Source of the DNA: Gekko japonicus
Lineage: Eukaryota
Length of the DNA: 64,000 nucleotides
Assembly (NCBI RefSeq): GCF_001447785.1
Contig: NW_015165830.1
Coordinates: 2,434,644 to 2,498,643, forward strand
Reading direction: 5' to 3'
Shown here: positions 11,229-24,922 of the stretch, piece after piece
How the letters are laid out: each line of letters opens with the position of its first letter
How positions within the stretch are numbered: position 1 is the stretch's first letter
The notes under the pieces: generated by a model
Told to the model about the DNA's origin: nothing
The model's database searches: none
What the model saw: the letters and a program-made list of their open reading frames with translations, nothing else
Program-made: the position numbers and the translations under genes

Positions 11229-14200
11229 CTGATACAGGTGAACAAGATGAGAATGAGAAAGGGTGGCTTCTGGACCAGCATGCACACAACAACTGACACA
11301 GCAAGGAGAAGGGCAAGGAGGAGGAGGACAAGGAGCTGTTCCAGTTGGCAGCAGTGGATAGGACCCGAAGCAACGGGTTTAAATTACATGCAGAAAGGTA
11401 TCGGCTGGATATCAGGAAAAACTTTTTCATGGTCAGAGTAGTTCACAGGTGGAATCAGCTGCCTAGGGAGGTGGTAAGCTCCCCTTCACTGACAGCTTTC
11501 AAGAAGAGGCTGGACAAATATTTGTCAGAGATGCTTTAGTCTGGTCCTGCATTGGGCAGGGGGTTGGACTAGATGGTCTGTATGGCCCCTTCCAACTCTA
11601 TGATTCTGTACTGTATGTCATGCTTATGGTTTGCCATGCACACAGGCAACAGGCAACTAAAGTCATGGCTACTTCCCCATGAGAAAGTTAGCTTTCATAA
11701 TAATGAGATGTTTTGCTGCACAGACATCCTTCAGGTAAAAAGCGATAGCCTGTGCGCCAAGTCTTTGACTGTCAGATAAGATCACACTAGCACAAGACTA
11801 TTTTTAACCTGGCATCTGCCCTCTATTGTTCACATTTCTCGACAAACATCTCCCAGCCTTTGCATAGATAACATTATGAACCCATCAAGTTTTCTACAGT
11901 AACCCAGTTCTAGTACAGAAGCTCAGTCCCAACCAACAATTAAATGTCTGATCTCCTTGGACTGTGTCGGGGGAACTAAAAGAATAAACGGGATGTCTTA
12001 TGGCACCCAAGCTTTCACGGACTGCAGCTCACTGTGTGCAGTGGGCATCTGATGAAGGGGGCTCTAGGGCACAGAACCTTTTGCTAGAAATAACAACCAG
12101 TTGGTCTTTAATGTGCCACAAGACTCCTTTTTTCGGTTTTGTTGCAACAGACTAACAAGGCTACCTCTCTGGAATTGACACTTGCCGCATCAACAGAGTC
12201 TTGCCTAAGAGGGAATCTGGGTTTGGTTTGATTTACAACTCTCTGTGTTACACAGTTTTACTTAGGTACTTCCTGGCATGGTTCAGATGCTCTGTGAGAG
12301 CAAGCATTTCTGCTTAGTAAGAAGTGACATTAATTTTTAAAAAGACTGGAATTTGTGCTACGTAACAGCATAAAGCAAAACTCCCTTTTAAGCACACTTT
12401 GGCTCCCCAGTTATCAAAATTAGTCTGTACTGTACTGTGAAGCATTTGATCACATTTTTGTTGCCCCACATCAATACAACACAGCAATGACCCAGTCTAT
12501 TCGAGATTTGTGACTGTACAATGTTTTCAACCTATCTACATCACTCACATGAACCATGCCTACATCCAAATACATGAGATTGGATCCTGCCAATCAAATT
12601 TAAGAAGCAGGTGATTTTAGCTAACTCCCCCCACCCAGGCAAACTTCCAATACCCCATCAGGCTGTTTTCTGGGATTCCCCTGTCCTTCATGAACAGCAT
12701 CTGGTGGGGGTCACTGTAGAGGGAGGGGGGAGGCGAGAAAGCTGCACTCTGCAAGGGGAAATCCTTCCAAACGCAGAGATTTTTGGTGATATGCAAGCCA
12801 TGGATACAACGAGGCTCAAATTTCTTATTAAGGCAAAGCAACCAAGATTCAGCACAAGGCAAATGAGGACACACAAGGTTGGCCCTACTGTTGGGTGAGA
12901 GAAAGGATCCTGGACAGGGAAAAAAAGGTTTCAAGTATTGGGTTGGCAAGAAGAATCTAGATGAATTCTGCCCCCCAAAGACATTTGGAAAAATACTGGC
13001 AGTCTTTTCAGGATAATGCCCAACAATATCCAGGAAACCAAAGTTCTGATAAAGATGGAGCAAGCAGAGTCTCAATTAACTACTCATGGGAAATGCTTAC
13101 ATGAGCCCCTGGGTGCCAACGCATCACTCGCTGAGTTGCCAGTATGTTGCCTGAGTGAACAAAGTTGCCTGCAAGTGAGTCAGATGAAATTATAATTAGA
13201 AATAAAAATGAACCTTCTTTCACCTGTACATGCAAGCTGAATAGGAACTGTTTTCTAAACCAAAAACTTGACCTTCTACAGCATTCTTCCTTAGGAAGAA
13301 ACACCCTATGGATGATTGAAGATGATCTGAATTAAGAAATAGATTATTTGTAATTTCTACAGAGAAAAATCTGGGCCTGAAGCTTTGGAAATCCTTATTT
13401 ATGATCTCAAATGTGTAGGCTGAGCTGGACATGGCTCGACAGTGATGAGGGAAAAGCATTCTGCACATGCTCATAAGTACTTTCTTCTCTGATTCCAAGA
13501 CCAAGTCCTTGCTGAAATTCTAGTTTTCCTAGCATATGGTCTAATTCTTTGCATGTTCTCCAATGTGGTTAAGGATGTAGTACCTCACGTTTCTCATCGG
13601 AAAAGAGAAAATGCTCAGTTTGGATTACCTAGAATCCAGAATACATCAATTCAGCACACTTCCCCCCCCCCCAATTTGTATGACACCATCAGTGTTCATG
13701 GTGCTTTCTAAAATCCCACAAACATGGTTAATAGCACAGCAAATGCCACATGTCTCTTCAAGTTGCTCCCTGCTGCAAATTACACCCCAAGAAAGGCCAA
13801 GATTGAGGCACACATATTTTAATTAGCTGTACTTCGAAGGTGTAAGAATCCCCTAGTTGGCTAACTTGCTGCTGCCACCTGGTGGCCAGTATCACAACAG
13901 ACACTCGTAAAGGGAAGTCTTGAAAACTCCTTGTATTCTCTAAACCAGGGGTGGCCAAACTGCAGCTCGGGAGCCACCTGTGGCTCTTTCACACAGTCTA
14001 ATTTAATGTTAATAAAAAGCAAATGTGCATATTTTTCAAAAAAAACGTGTGTGTAATATTTGTTCATATCTTGTGGCTCTCAAACATCTAACGTTTATTC
14101 TATGTGGCTCTTACGTTAAACAAGTTTGGCCTAAGCAGCTGCAAAAAAGCCAAGTGATTTACCTTCCAGTTTTTTAACGCCATAATGTTTTCCAGGACTT

Positions 14201-17200
14201 TTCCCACCACGGTTCTTCGAGCTGCCTCCACTTTTCTTTGATGCAAACCTCACTGCAGCTGCAGTAGTAGAAGAAATAAGTAGAACTGTGACCAAAAAGA
14301 AGAGAAACAGACAAAAAAGAATTCAGAAACTGACATCATTATTTAGACCAACAAAAAGCTCATTCAGGCCAAACCCTTAACACTAAAGATAAGTTTATAA
14401 TATCCTTCAAAAGCCTAATTAGTCCGTGCAGGGGGGAGGGGAGCAGTCCCCATTTGAAGTCTCAGACCAACTATGAGTTTACATGCATCTATTTATTTAT
14501 ATCCTGATTTCCTCCCCAGTCAGGACTCGAAGCAACTTTAGAACATCATTCTCTCCTCCTCCATATTCCCACAACAACCCTGTGAGATAGTCCAGGCTGA
14601 GAGTTTGTGACAGGCTCAAGGTCACCCAGCAAGCTTCTATGTGGTGATTAAAATCCGAGCCACCCAGGATCTTAGTCTGCCACTCTACTACACCACACTG
14701 ACTCTTCAGTTTAGACAGAGTTTAGAGAAAGAGAGACTTGTTTTAGAGATGTAAAATTTCCGGAAATTTTGAAGCTCGGAAAAAAACGGAAATTTTCGGA
14801 AAAATTGAAAAAATGCTACATTAGCATTTCTTTTGTCTTTTCTAGTTTGAAAGTCATTCTGTTACTTTAGGAACATAAAATATGACTATGGACATTTTTA
14901 CTTGGCATGAAATTATCACAACTAGCATATTAAAAATATAGTGTATCCAAACAATTGTTACAGAATACCCACCCACATGCAAAAACAAAACTGAAACTTT
15001 TTTATTTTCTTCTGACAATCGCACCTCCTAAAGGAAGAAATGCATCTTGTTCTTGCATTGGAGAGTTCAATTTGTAACCTAGGACTTGCTTGTCCTCCAT
15101 GCACAGAAATTACATCAATCTGATACCATATATATATATATTAGAAACGATTTGGAAAATATTTGAACACCTGGTCTTAAAATATTTTATTCCTCATGTT
15201 AAAATAAAACGTTCCATAATCAATTTTTTTCTTTTCCTTTCTTTTTTCAATTTTTCGGAAAAAAAACGAAAAAGGTTTCAGGGAAAAAACGGGTTTTTTC
15301 CAAATTTTTCCGGGTTTTTTCTGGGCCTTCACATCTGTATTCCTGGTACCATGATGCTATAGCACAATTTGTCACTGGACACAAACTAACTTATGGTATA
15401 TTACAAATAACTTACTGAATCACCATTTAAAGCCCATCATTTCTGCTTCATCCCAGGAGCCTCTTGGGCACTGTAAAATGTGATTTGCACCCAGCATTTT
15501 ATCCTGCAACTCCTCTCTGGTCTCCATTTTGAGAAAACTACAAACTGCAAATTTCTGGGATCTGTCCACATGAACTGAAATCTTTTTCTATCTCCTCCCC
15601 AGCCCTCAAGATATGAAAACCAAGTGGAAAAATGGGGAAAAAAACAGGATATTTCCCCCCCCCCCCGGACATTATTTCCAGATGTGTACTATGAAGATTT
15701 TTATATAAAATAATCAACAGTGTAATGGTAAATACTGTGTATTCTGCAGATATATACAACATGTTTTAAAGAATACGTTTATTGTTTAAATGTAATTTGG
15801 TCCACATTTTACTGTAGTGTTTATGATGGGAAAACATTATTGAAGAGTTCAAAGTTATAAAGTTTAACTTGATATCCCAATTTGTTTACTGTTTCAACTT
15901 TTACTTTTCCTCTAATTCTCAAAAGCCCAAAACGAACATACGTGTACTTAAGGTATCACAGGGTTTGCCGTTCAAGTCACAATTTTGCTTGCAGATAATT
16001 ATGGCTCCACTCCCAAAGTTACTTCCCTGGAAGTAAGCCCCATTACACAATATGTGGCTTATTTCTGAGTAGATCTGTTTTGGATGGCTCTCTAAGGCCT
16101 CTGTACTTTTAAGTTTCACAAATACACCAAATAGTACAATTGCATATACTAATTAAGTTATAAATAACCGATTTTATATATTTAAAACAGTAATGTTCAG
16201 TTTAGGCTTGATTTTAAAAAGTAATGATTGCATATATTTGAATTTCCCCCAAAATGTGGGTTTTCCTCCTAAACAAAAGGGTTTCTAGCGTCAGAATTCT
16301 CCAGAAGTTTACATCTCTATCACTGTTCTGCTTTTGTACTTAACAACCAGCCCCGAGGAACAACTCAAAACTTTGCACTCACTATATTATGATATTTAGG
16401 CTGGTTCTAATAAAAAGGCATTATACTAGTGTTTTTTATTAATTTTTCCCTATGGATCAAAATGCCTCGCCACAATTTTATCTTAAGACTGTCACATAGG
16501 CATGGCTTCCACAAAGCCCCTGAAGAGCAGCCTCCCCCCCCCCTTCTCCTTTTTATCAGCATTCAGGCCAAGGAAAAGTTCTCTAGAACTCAAATTCTAA
16601 CTTGACTCTTAGCCAATGCTCCCTCTAAACTGTAGAGTCTTGTGAGCAAAAATTCTACTTTGTGAGCTGCTGGCCTTAAAGTTGTGAGCGAGCAATTTGG
16701 GTGCTGCATACATTAGTTTGCTCTGGAGCCATCCTTCCTGAACTAAGGCAAAAATGTGTGAGCCACAGGCTAAAAAACTGTGAGCTAGCTCACATTAACT
16801 CAGCTTAGAGGGAACACTGCTCTTAGCTGATTTTAATAAAAGTATTATGTTAATGCTGGTGTTTGGATATTTTCCTAATGGACTAATACAGCTGCTTGCA
16901 TTTTTTTGCTTAAATGGTTAATATTTACTAATTTTTGGATTAAAAATTGGCTGCTTCACAAAACGTTTCTCACATAAACACACACTCTTGATAAATGCGC
17001 ACGTCATTTCCAATAAGGAACACCAAGACGCCTTTGACCTTTACTTTGTGGGACTTCAGTTAATTCTTTTGCATACAATCAGCAGCCAGGTCCATTTCAG
17101 CTCTAAACCTTTCTGCTCAGCCCTTTTAACGAGCACATTATTAAAAGAACACTACAGCTCTACTAATTTCCTCAGGCAAATTAAACACAGGATTAATTTG

Positions 17201-20200
17201 GTCTTAAATTTTCCACGTGCACACAGGGAGTCACATTAAAGGATTAGGGAGGAGGGCAATAGTGAACAAAGAAACACAAATTTGAAATGTGAAGGACAAG
17301 AAAGGGACAATAACCTAGAGAAACTGCAGTGCAGAGGGCATGACTCCTGCCCAACAGTATTTTAAGGTCTATTCACACATTTGTATGTGTTCTGAATGTC
17401 CACCCCATGTCCTTAAACACATCGGTGTGGATCCAGCAGAGCATTTCCACAGATGGAATTGTTTCTACCCACAGAGCACAACTCCCCCACCCCCGCAGCC
17501 CAAAATGCCACCTTAAATCCTTCTGCCCACAGAAACGCTCACTTGGATCCATGCTCTTATCTCCATACACTGATGCAGAGTTTACAGCAAGGTGTCTGCA
17601 ATCACTCCAGCATTCCTGTGCTGAATAGGTAGCACCTCCAGTACAGTTCTGAGTGGTAAATATTTCCCAATGTATAGGTGGTAGAAAAAGTGCAGTTATC
17701 ACATCCTTTGCAGTGGGGTAGTGGGATCATGCTTATCTGGCCATTTTACGGTATGCCTTTTCTCCCTGCATACATGGCCATGACCAGTGTTCCCTCTAAG
17801 CTGAGTTAGTGTGAGCTAGCTCAGAGTTTTTTAGTCTCTGGCTCACATGTTTTTGTCCTGGCTCAGGAAGGATGGCTCCAGAGCAAACTAATTCATACGG
17901 CAGCCAGATCACTCGCTCACAACTTTAATGCCAGTAGCTCACAAAGGAGAATTTTTGCTCACAAGACTCCACAGCTTAGAGGGAACATTGGCCATGACAA
18001 GCATAATCCTGCTGTTCCAGTATAGTGAATTTAAACATAAACGTGTATGTACATCTGAACAGGCCCTCTGCCATTTGTGAATTTAAAAAAATCTTCTGTG
18101 CCAATGCTATCAACCTCTCATAGAGGCCTAGAGTTGGAAGGATCGATATAAAGGCCAGCTAGTCCAACTTCCTATGCATTGCAGGAAATCCAAAGAGCTA
18201 TAACCTTCTTATTAGATGGCTGTCCAGTCTCCGCTTGAAGACCTCAAGTGAATGTCAAAATCGGGTCTGGTTTGCCATGGGGTTCTTAATTTTCTTTGGG
18301 TCTGTATGCCTATTGTCGTGTGTCATTTTGGTTGGGAGGGGAGAGTCTGTGAGCATGGGAGTGTGGAGACTGCTTTGCTAACTGCATTAAGTGGGGCCTC
18401 CCTTCTCTGGGAAGAATGCGTGCTTGACCTTGGACACCAGACACTGTTAGATACTAAGCTTGCAGGTGCTGGGGGAGGGGTAATAGTGCACAGTAGAGTT
18501 TGGCAGGCTGGATGTATTGGTATGATTGTACTGGTCACCGGGGGGGGGGGGGGGGGTTTTTAAAAAAAGCCCCCCCCCCCCCCCTTTTGAAGGCAAAAAA
18601 AAGGCCCCATCTGCCCTCCCCCCCCCCCCCCCCCCACTCTCTGATTGGTCAGCTGCAGAGCTCAGTGTTCTGAGGTTAAAAAAAACCAACAGTTACAGGG
18701 GACTGCAGAGAGCTAGTGACAGTTGAGGAAATCAGGAGTGGCCAAGAACTACCTGTGAGGTGAAGCAAAGCTGCTGGCCCAGCCTCTCTGATGGCTTCCA
18801 ACACACTCCCCCCACCTCTTACACCTTGTCTATCAGGTGCATCAGTGGTTGCAGGGTGCTTAAAGCCGGGAGCAGCTTCAAACTCACTCGCTCCTTCCCA
18901 AACAAAGTTCCCAGCTCTGCCTGTGTTCGGCAGGTTTTTTTGCTCGTTTGACAGCTGGAAAAGACCAAAATAAAAGCTAGCGCCTGTTTGCACAAGCGCA
19001 TAACTAAAACCGGAAACAAAACCCCCTACAAAAAACGGGGGGGGGAGGGTAGCGTGGTCACGGCGGATTGCTGTCCAGATACCAAAACCGCGGATACAAA
19101 GTGCGAGATGTCGGAAAACACCTGCTCCAACGGGTGTCAAAAAAACGCGGGTGAAAGAGCTGAAACCGCGGGAATCTGCTGGCTTCGGAGCGGGAAGCGG
19201 GTTTGCCTATATAGACAGGAACCTTTACTGCGGGAGAGATCAGCTGCGAGTCCCGCACTAAACGTCCGTGTGACCAGACCCTAAAATTGCATTTGGTTAT
19301 TTTGCAGCAGCATCACTCAGATGACTCATGTGAATCTCATGATAAAATCACTAAGGTTGGCTTAAAGCTTCATACTGGTAGGCTGGTATCTGCATATATT
19401 TCAAACTCTGCTACCAGGAGCCTAGAGCGAATCCCCATACATGACATTCATTCTACAGACCATGTGCTGTTTCTTTTGTGACTAGCAATACATATATTTT
19501 CTCTTGATCCTTTTGGGGGAGTTGTGGTAGTGGTATTGAGGACTTGCTTTGTCTATCTTATAGCAGCTGGCCATATTATTCATTTTGCCAGAATCAAGAA
19601 CTTTTTATCTCTGCTGAATTTCATTTTGTTAACTGTTAGGAATGCAACCCTAATTCACTATCAAATGCTCAATTCCACAAGTACAAAAAGAATGCATTAG
19701 CTGAGGATGTGCTGGATTTCATCCCAAATGTTGCTTCCTGAAGAAGGGCCAGGCAGTAGCCATAGAAGATGCAGAAGGTCAACAAAAACCCTAGGAATGA
19801 GGTAGGTTGTTCCTGAATTGAATCCCACGACATCTAGCATTGCCAGATTTTAAGTAGTACAGTGCTTCTGTGGCTTTAAAGTTATGCATGTAAGCAAATT
19901 TTGGCACTTTTATCTCCTGGTTCCCAGCACTATACAGAATAAAAACTGCACTGGTGAAAAGTCTCCTTTCTGTGTATATTAAGGGCAAACAAATCTAGTC
20001 TCATAATGGATCTAATAAAACTATGCCCAGACTGCACAGATCCAGTGGTGTACAATGATGGTGCTACGTTTTGGGGTCTTTTGGCCGTTCTCTCCACCAG
20101 ATACTGGGAGGCACGTACCACTCTGCTGCTGGTGAGAGTATAAGGGTTGCAAATGTTAATATTCAGCCATATGCTTCCCATGTCCCAAGGTACATAAGCC

Positions 20201-22353
20201 CAGGGTATGGCTTGAAGCAGAGCTTTTAAAAAAGAAGATATTGGATTTATACCCCACCTTTCACTCAGAGTCTCAGAGCAGTTTACAATCTCCTTCCCTT
20301 TCTCTCCCCAGAACAGACACCCTGTAATGTAGCTGGGGCTAAGAGAGCTCTGAGAGAACTGCTCTTGAGAGAACAGCTCTGAGAGAACTGTGACTGACCG
20401 AAGTTCACCCAGTTAGCTGCATGTGGAGGAGTGGGGAATCAAACCTGGTTCTCCAGATTAGAGTCCGCCGCTCTTAACCACTACACCAAACAATAACCAA
20501 GCACCGAATATTCAGTTGGGGGGGGGGGAGCAGTTCTATAAGAAAACGAGTGCAACTGAAAAACTGAAGTAGTACTCCTCCCTAGAACCTCAGATGCTGA
20601 TCTACACATACCCCACCCTCACACCACAGACATTTGCTACAGAATTAACTGCTACCCTCCCAAATGTTTCAAAGATGAAGGAAATCATTCTGGAATCTGG
20701 GGACCTTTTTCTTGACCAGTAAGAGTGAAAATACCAGAAAATATCCAACGTGTCATTCTTAACAAAGGACCAAAGTTTCTGCTGAAAAGCTACATGAAAC
20801 ATCACATCACAGTACACAGTTTGGTCCTCAATGGGAAAGAAATCCTTCTTGAACTTCTTTAAAGACTCTACCAAATGCAACCAGGCACTCCACACAGGCC
20901 TCTCAATGTCATGGGATGTGAGTTTAAGCAACAAAGTCCACACATACACAAGTAAAATACACAGGTGCGTTGTAGCAGCATGTACTATGCATGCAAATTA
21001 TAATCCCATACCTCCTGTGCAACTCCATATTTTACAAAAACAAAAACCCACACCCTAGGCTGGACAGCACACAGCCAAGCAATCTTGCCAAACCTAAGTA
21101 GATCTGGTTCCAATCAATGCCTGCAATGGAGAGCTGTAAGTAACTTTATGATTGCAGCTTTGACTTCCAAGATCAAAGAAAGCTGTAATATCAAGGCAAG
21201 TAATAACTAACATAAAAATCAGCTGCCAATCTTTTTTTTGTGTGAGGCTGATACAACAAAACAGAGAGGAAGGGGGGAAAGAAGTGCAATATTTCAGGTC
21301 AGGAACTTAAGGCTTGAAACATGGACAAGTTGTGCTTTAAAAACCCTGAGAATTTGCAGTCAGAACACCCTTCTGATGGATGCTTCCTCTAAGCTGTGGA
21401 GTCTTGTGAGCAAAAATTCTATTCTGTGAGCTACTGGCATTAAAGTTGTGAGCAAGCGATTTGGCTAGTACATAAATTAGTTTGCTGTGGAGCCATCCTT
21501 CCTGAGCTAAGACAAAAAATGTGTGAGCTGGAGGCGAAAAAACTGTGAGCTCAGCTTACAGGGAACACTGGTTGTTGGGTAAGACAGCGACTCCAATCTT
21601 TTAAAACCATACTACCATAGTCATAAATCCCATAGTAAAAAATTAAGGTTTTAAGAGCCATGTGCAGAATTAGCACTGCCTAACTAGAGAAGTTAGTCTC
21701 TAGTTTCAGCTCCTGCCAACCTAGCAATTTGAAAGCAAGAAATTGCAAGTAGATAAATAGAGACCGCTTCGGTGGGAAGGTAACAGTGTTCCGTGGCGCC
21801 TTGGTGTTTAGTCATGCCGGCCACATGACCACGGAAACGTCTTCGGACAGCGCTGGCTCTTCGGCTTTGAAACGGAGATGAGCACCGCAATCCTAGAGTT
21901 GGATTCGACTGGCTTTCGAGCAAGGGAACCTTTACGTTTACCTTTTAACTAGAGAAGTGCCCACTTCTGCATAGGATCGGCCTCTGCTTGACTACCATCC
22001 CCATGCACCCTTGTTTGGGAGGTAGTCCTACTGAATTCACTCAGTAGGGTTTACTTTTGCGCAAACATCCATGGGAGCAAGCTCTTAGTCACTGTAGCCG
22101 CTGAGTCCGCAAAAGGGGCCGTAGCCATCCAGGGCGAGTTAACGTGGGTTAGGCTGTCGCACGGGTCTTCAACCCTTCCTGCATAACCACCCCTGCTCAG
22201 CTTCCTGCTTTTTGCGTGCTACGAGTGTCGCCGTCCCCCCCCCAGGTTTCTCTTTCCTGACCCCTCCTAGGCCTCACATCCCAGCCACTCCAACTCACGT
22301 TGACTGCTAACCGGCCTGCCCAAAAGGAAGCCCAGGCTGAGCAGGCCCGCCAT
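11022..22353 (-). CDS. MRPL27: Mitochondrial ribosomal protein L27 (bL27m), 4 coding exons, 150 aa
   Basis: Exons 22353-22299, 14285-14163, 13168-13101 and 11228-11022 join in frame (453 nt, all GT-AG): [108 protein letters not shown]...[28 protein letters not shown]27 signature [11 protein letters not shown]; head-to-head with EME1 as in mammals. Confidence 0.96.
11355..11610 (+). mobile_element. CR1 3' fragment
   Basis: RTRSNGFKL...[32 protein letters not shown]; tail ctctatgattctgt. Confidence 0.92.
11985..12175 (+). mobile_element. Short Penelope-like terminal-repeat fragment
   Basis: ctgatgaa core, ...gtgccacaagactc...cagactaacaaggctacc end related to the other PLE pieces. Confidence 0.6.
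13101..13168 (-). CDS. MRPL27: MRPL27 coding exon 3
   Basis: [23 protein letters not shown], 68 nt, ag/gtaagc boundaries. Confidence 0.95.
14163..14285 (-). CDS. MRPL27: MRPL27 coding exon 2
   Basis: cacag acceptor, [40 protein letters not shown], donor gtaaat; 123 nt. Confidence 0.93.
14490..14704 (-). mobile_element. Older Squam3-like SINE
   Basis: caaccctgtgag..caaggtcacccagcaagct body, taaataaat tail; similar copy at ~29915-30120. Confidence 0.7.
14744..15339. mobile_element. Non-autonomous DNA transposon (hAT-like)
   Basis: tagagatgtaa...ttcacatctgta termini with (tttt)ccggaaa subterminal repeats; related piece ends at ~16319. Confidence 0.6.
16614..16819 (-). mobile_element. hAT MITE family A
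   Basis: Same TIRs; TSD ctcttagc. Confidence 0.9.
17785..17990 (+). mobile_element. hAT MITE family A
   Basis: Same TIRs; TSD gccatgac. Confidence 0.9.
18260..19283. mobile_element. GC/CpG-rich non-autonomous DNA element (PIF/Harbinger-like ends)
   Basis: gggtctggt...accagaccc termini, CpG-rich right arm, poly-G/poly-C interior. Confidence 0.4.
20232..20491 (-). mobile_element. Squam3-like tRNA-derived SINE
   Basis: Same family as 44179-44453. Confidence 0.82.
21378..21570 (-). mobile_element. hAT MITE family A
   Basis: Sequence match to the other copies; no clear TSD. Confidence 0.8.
21693..21945 (+). mobile_element. Sauria SINE (5'-truncated)
   Basis: Bov-B-type (ACCTTT)n tail; TSD taactagagaagt. 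Confidence 0.88.
22299..22353 (-). CDS. MRPL27: MRPL27 coding exon 1 (transit peptide)
   Basis: ATG at 22353, [18 protein letters not shown], phase-1 donor gtgagt at 22298, inside CpG-rich promoter. Confidence 0.85.
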
Positions 22354-22700
22354 GAAGCCTTCCCTCCAGGGTTCTCCAAGCCAGACCCCTCCGCTTCCGG
22401 ATCCGGCGGCAAGAGCGGCAACCGGAACGTTTGAACGCAGCCGCCAATTCCGGGACCGAAAGTCGTCCCGCCTCTCTCTCCCCCCCCCCCCCGGGGGGTT
22501 GTGGGGGGTAGTTCACGATAGTTTAGAAACGGGGAGGGCTCTGCAGCTGGAGCTTACCCGAAAGTTCGCTGCTATCGAAGCCAGGTTGTGGGTTGGTGGG
22601 CGCAAGGCGCTCGGAACACGCCCGGATGTAGCTTCTCTTGGCTTGTTCTGAGCCCCGGTTCTCGTGTTCAGAGCAAAAGCTCTAAGGCTGGGACTTGGTG
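22330..22700. promoter_or_regulatory. Bidirectional CpG-rich promoter of MRPL27/EME1, with probable non-coding EME1 exon 1 ending at 22697
   Basis: CpG-dense island; ETS-type CCGGAA/TTCCGG motifs (~22394, ~22422), CHR-like TTTGAA 22430-22435, CCAAT ~22444; plus-strand donor TTG|gtgagt at 22698. Confidence 0.75.
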
Positions 22701-22895
22701 AGTGCAGGGTACAAATGAAGCCCTTTTTAAAAACAGCTTATTGAATGTTCTCTATGCGGTGCACTAATGGCGCAATCCTATGCAGAATGATGCCAGTCTA
22801 AGACCAGTTATTTCAGTGTGTTTGGACTGGAGTAAGCAGTGTAATTCACTAGTAGGCGGTCTCTGAATGGGTGTGCACAAACTGTGGGTCAAGAC

Positions 22896-23085
22896 CAATG
22901 CTCCCTGTAAGCTGTGAGTCAGTTGCGAGCAAAAATTCTACTTTGTGAACTACTGGCATGAAAGTTGTGAGCGAGCTTTGGCTACTGCATACATTAGTTT
23001 GCTCTGAGCTTATACAAAAATGTGTGAGCTGGAGTCTAAAAACCTGTGAGCTAGCTCACACTAACTCATCTTAGAGGGAACATAG
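22896..23085 (-). mobile_element. hAT MITE family A
   Basis: TSD gtcaagac. Confidence 0.88.
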
Positions 23086-24052
23086 GTCAAGACCCAAAAG
23101 TGGGTTGGAACATCACAGGTGGGTCATGGGGGCCAGAAGGAATAAGGCAGTCAGGAGAAGAAGCCTAATGGTAAATTGGGGGGCTACCTTTGCCTAGGGT
23201 ACAGAACAGCCATTAAATATAGCCCGTTATTCAGTACTGTTATAGATTTTAAAATAAGCATGGAAAATTTAAATGTTTACTGATATGAGATTCCTGCCTT
23301 TTCTGTAGGCGAGGGAGAAGGTAACAGAGTTACTCTGCAAGAGGGTCTGAGAAATTAGAGTAAGTTTAGAAATAATGTCCTGCTTTAAAACATTTCAGAA
23401 CCTCTGTCCTAAACTAAGGATTGGATTGACCTGAACTCTGTGAATTGTTTGATTAAAATGCAGGAAGCCTGGCCCCTCAGCAGGACACTCATAGCACCAA
23501 ATCTTCAAGCTTCTTAATATCTTTCCCTGGGGATTGGAAACTTCTGAAATGTGATATGAAGAACCCCTGTATCTCCCCAACTGTCTGGCAGATTTCTCTC
23601 ACCAAATCTTCAGTTCCCCTCAGTAGACTGAGTTGCCCTACAGAAGCGTGTGTATATTCTTTGTCATAAAAGGCTAAACTGTCCAACCCTATGTTTAGAT
23701 ATTTAGTTTAGGCTTTTTCTCAGCTCAGGAAGTCTGCTGGAAATACAGGAGCTGCCCAGTTTTTTAAAAACCCTTGAGAAATGTCACTTGAGGCAAATAA
23801 AGCCAAACCCTCTGGCTACTGATCCAGACCTTAGAAAGAACAAGTTACAAAAGACCTCTTTTCCCTCCAGATCATCTGTTTTATTTTCTCTCTCAGCTGA
23901 TGCTGGCCAGTCAGAAAGTGAGCAGAGCAGCCAATCACCTAAGCTGGTCTCTCCAGGGAAGATTACCACTTGAATTCCCTGACTCTCTTTTACAAGCAGC
24001 ATTTTAAAAAAGCCTGCTTTTCTTTGCAGTCTGTCGCCCATAACAGCTACAT

Positions 24053-24568
24053 TAAGAACATAAGAAGAGCTCTGCTGGATCAGACCAGTGGTCCATCTAG
24101 TTCAGCATCCTGTCTCACACAGCGGCCAACCAGTACCTCTGGAGGGCCAACAACAGGGCATAGAGGCCAAGACCTTCCCTGATGTTGCCTCCTGGCTCTG
24201 GGATTCAGAGGTTTAGTGCCTCTAAATGTGGAGGTTCCCATAGTCACCACCAATGCTCCCTCTAAGCTGTGGAGTCTTGTGAGCAAAAATTCTACTTTGT
24301 GAGCTGTTGGCATTAAAAGTTGCGAGAGAGCCATTTGGCTGCTGCATAAATTAGTTTGCTCTGGAGCCATCTTTCCTGAGCTAAGACAAAAATGTGTGAG
24401 CTAGAGGCTAAAAAACTGTGAGCTAGCTCACACTAATTCAGCTTAGAGGGAACACTGGTCACCACGGCAAGTGGCCACTGATAGACATATTCTCCATGAA
24501 TCTATCTAATCCACTTTAAAGTTGTTTATTCCTGTGGCCATCACTACATCCCCAGGAAGTGAATTTTG
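24053..24568 (-). mobile_element. CR1 3' fragment (CTTATGTT tail), interrupted by MITE A
   Basis: taagaacataagaa tail and body similar to 33035-33484. Confidence 0.8.
24251..24457 (-). mobile_element. hAT MITE family A nested in a CR1 fragment
   Basis: TSD gtcaccac. Confidence 0.9.
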
Positions 24569-24922
24569 TATCAGATTCTTTATTCCAAGGCATTCTCATT
24601 CTAGAGGATGTGGTACATAGTTGGGTGGATTTCCCTCTGCCTGCTGCCCTGCACAAAGAGCAAAACTTTGCAAATGACTCCTCTGCAGTAACTTTTTATA
24701 ACAGGCAACATCTTTCTACAAGACAAATTGATTAATGTGTTGGAAATCTCCTTGTCGGAGAACCCAAGAAATGTTGGTTAGTCCTTTCCTGTAGATAAGT
24801 AGAGAGTGTGGTGTCCTGGCTAAAGTTGTCTTGCAGCTGCCAGTGACTTTAATTGTTGTCCTTCCTTCCTTAGATGTTACCTAGTTCCACTGCCCTCTTT
24901 TCATCGTACAAGGGTATACACA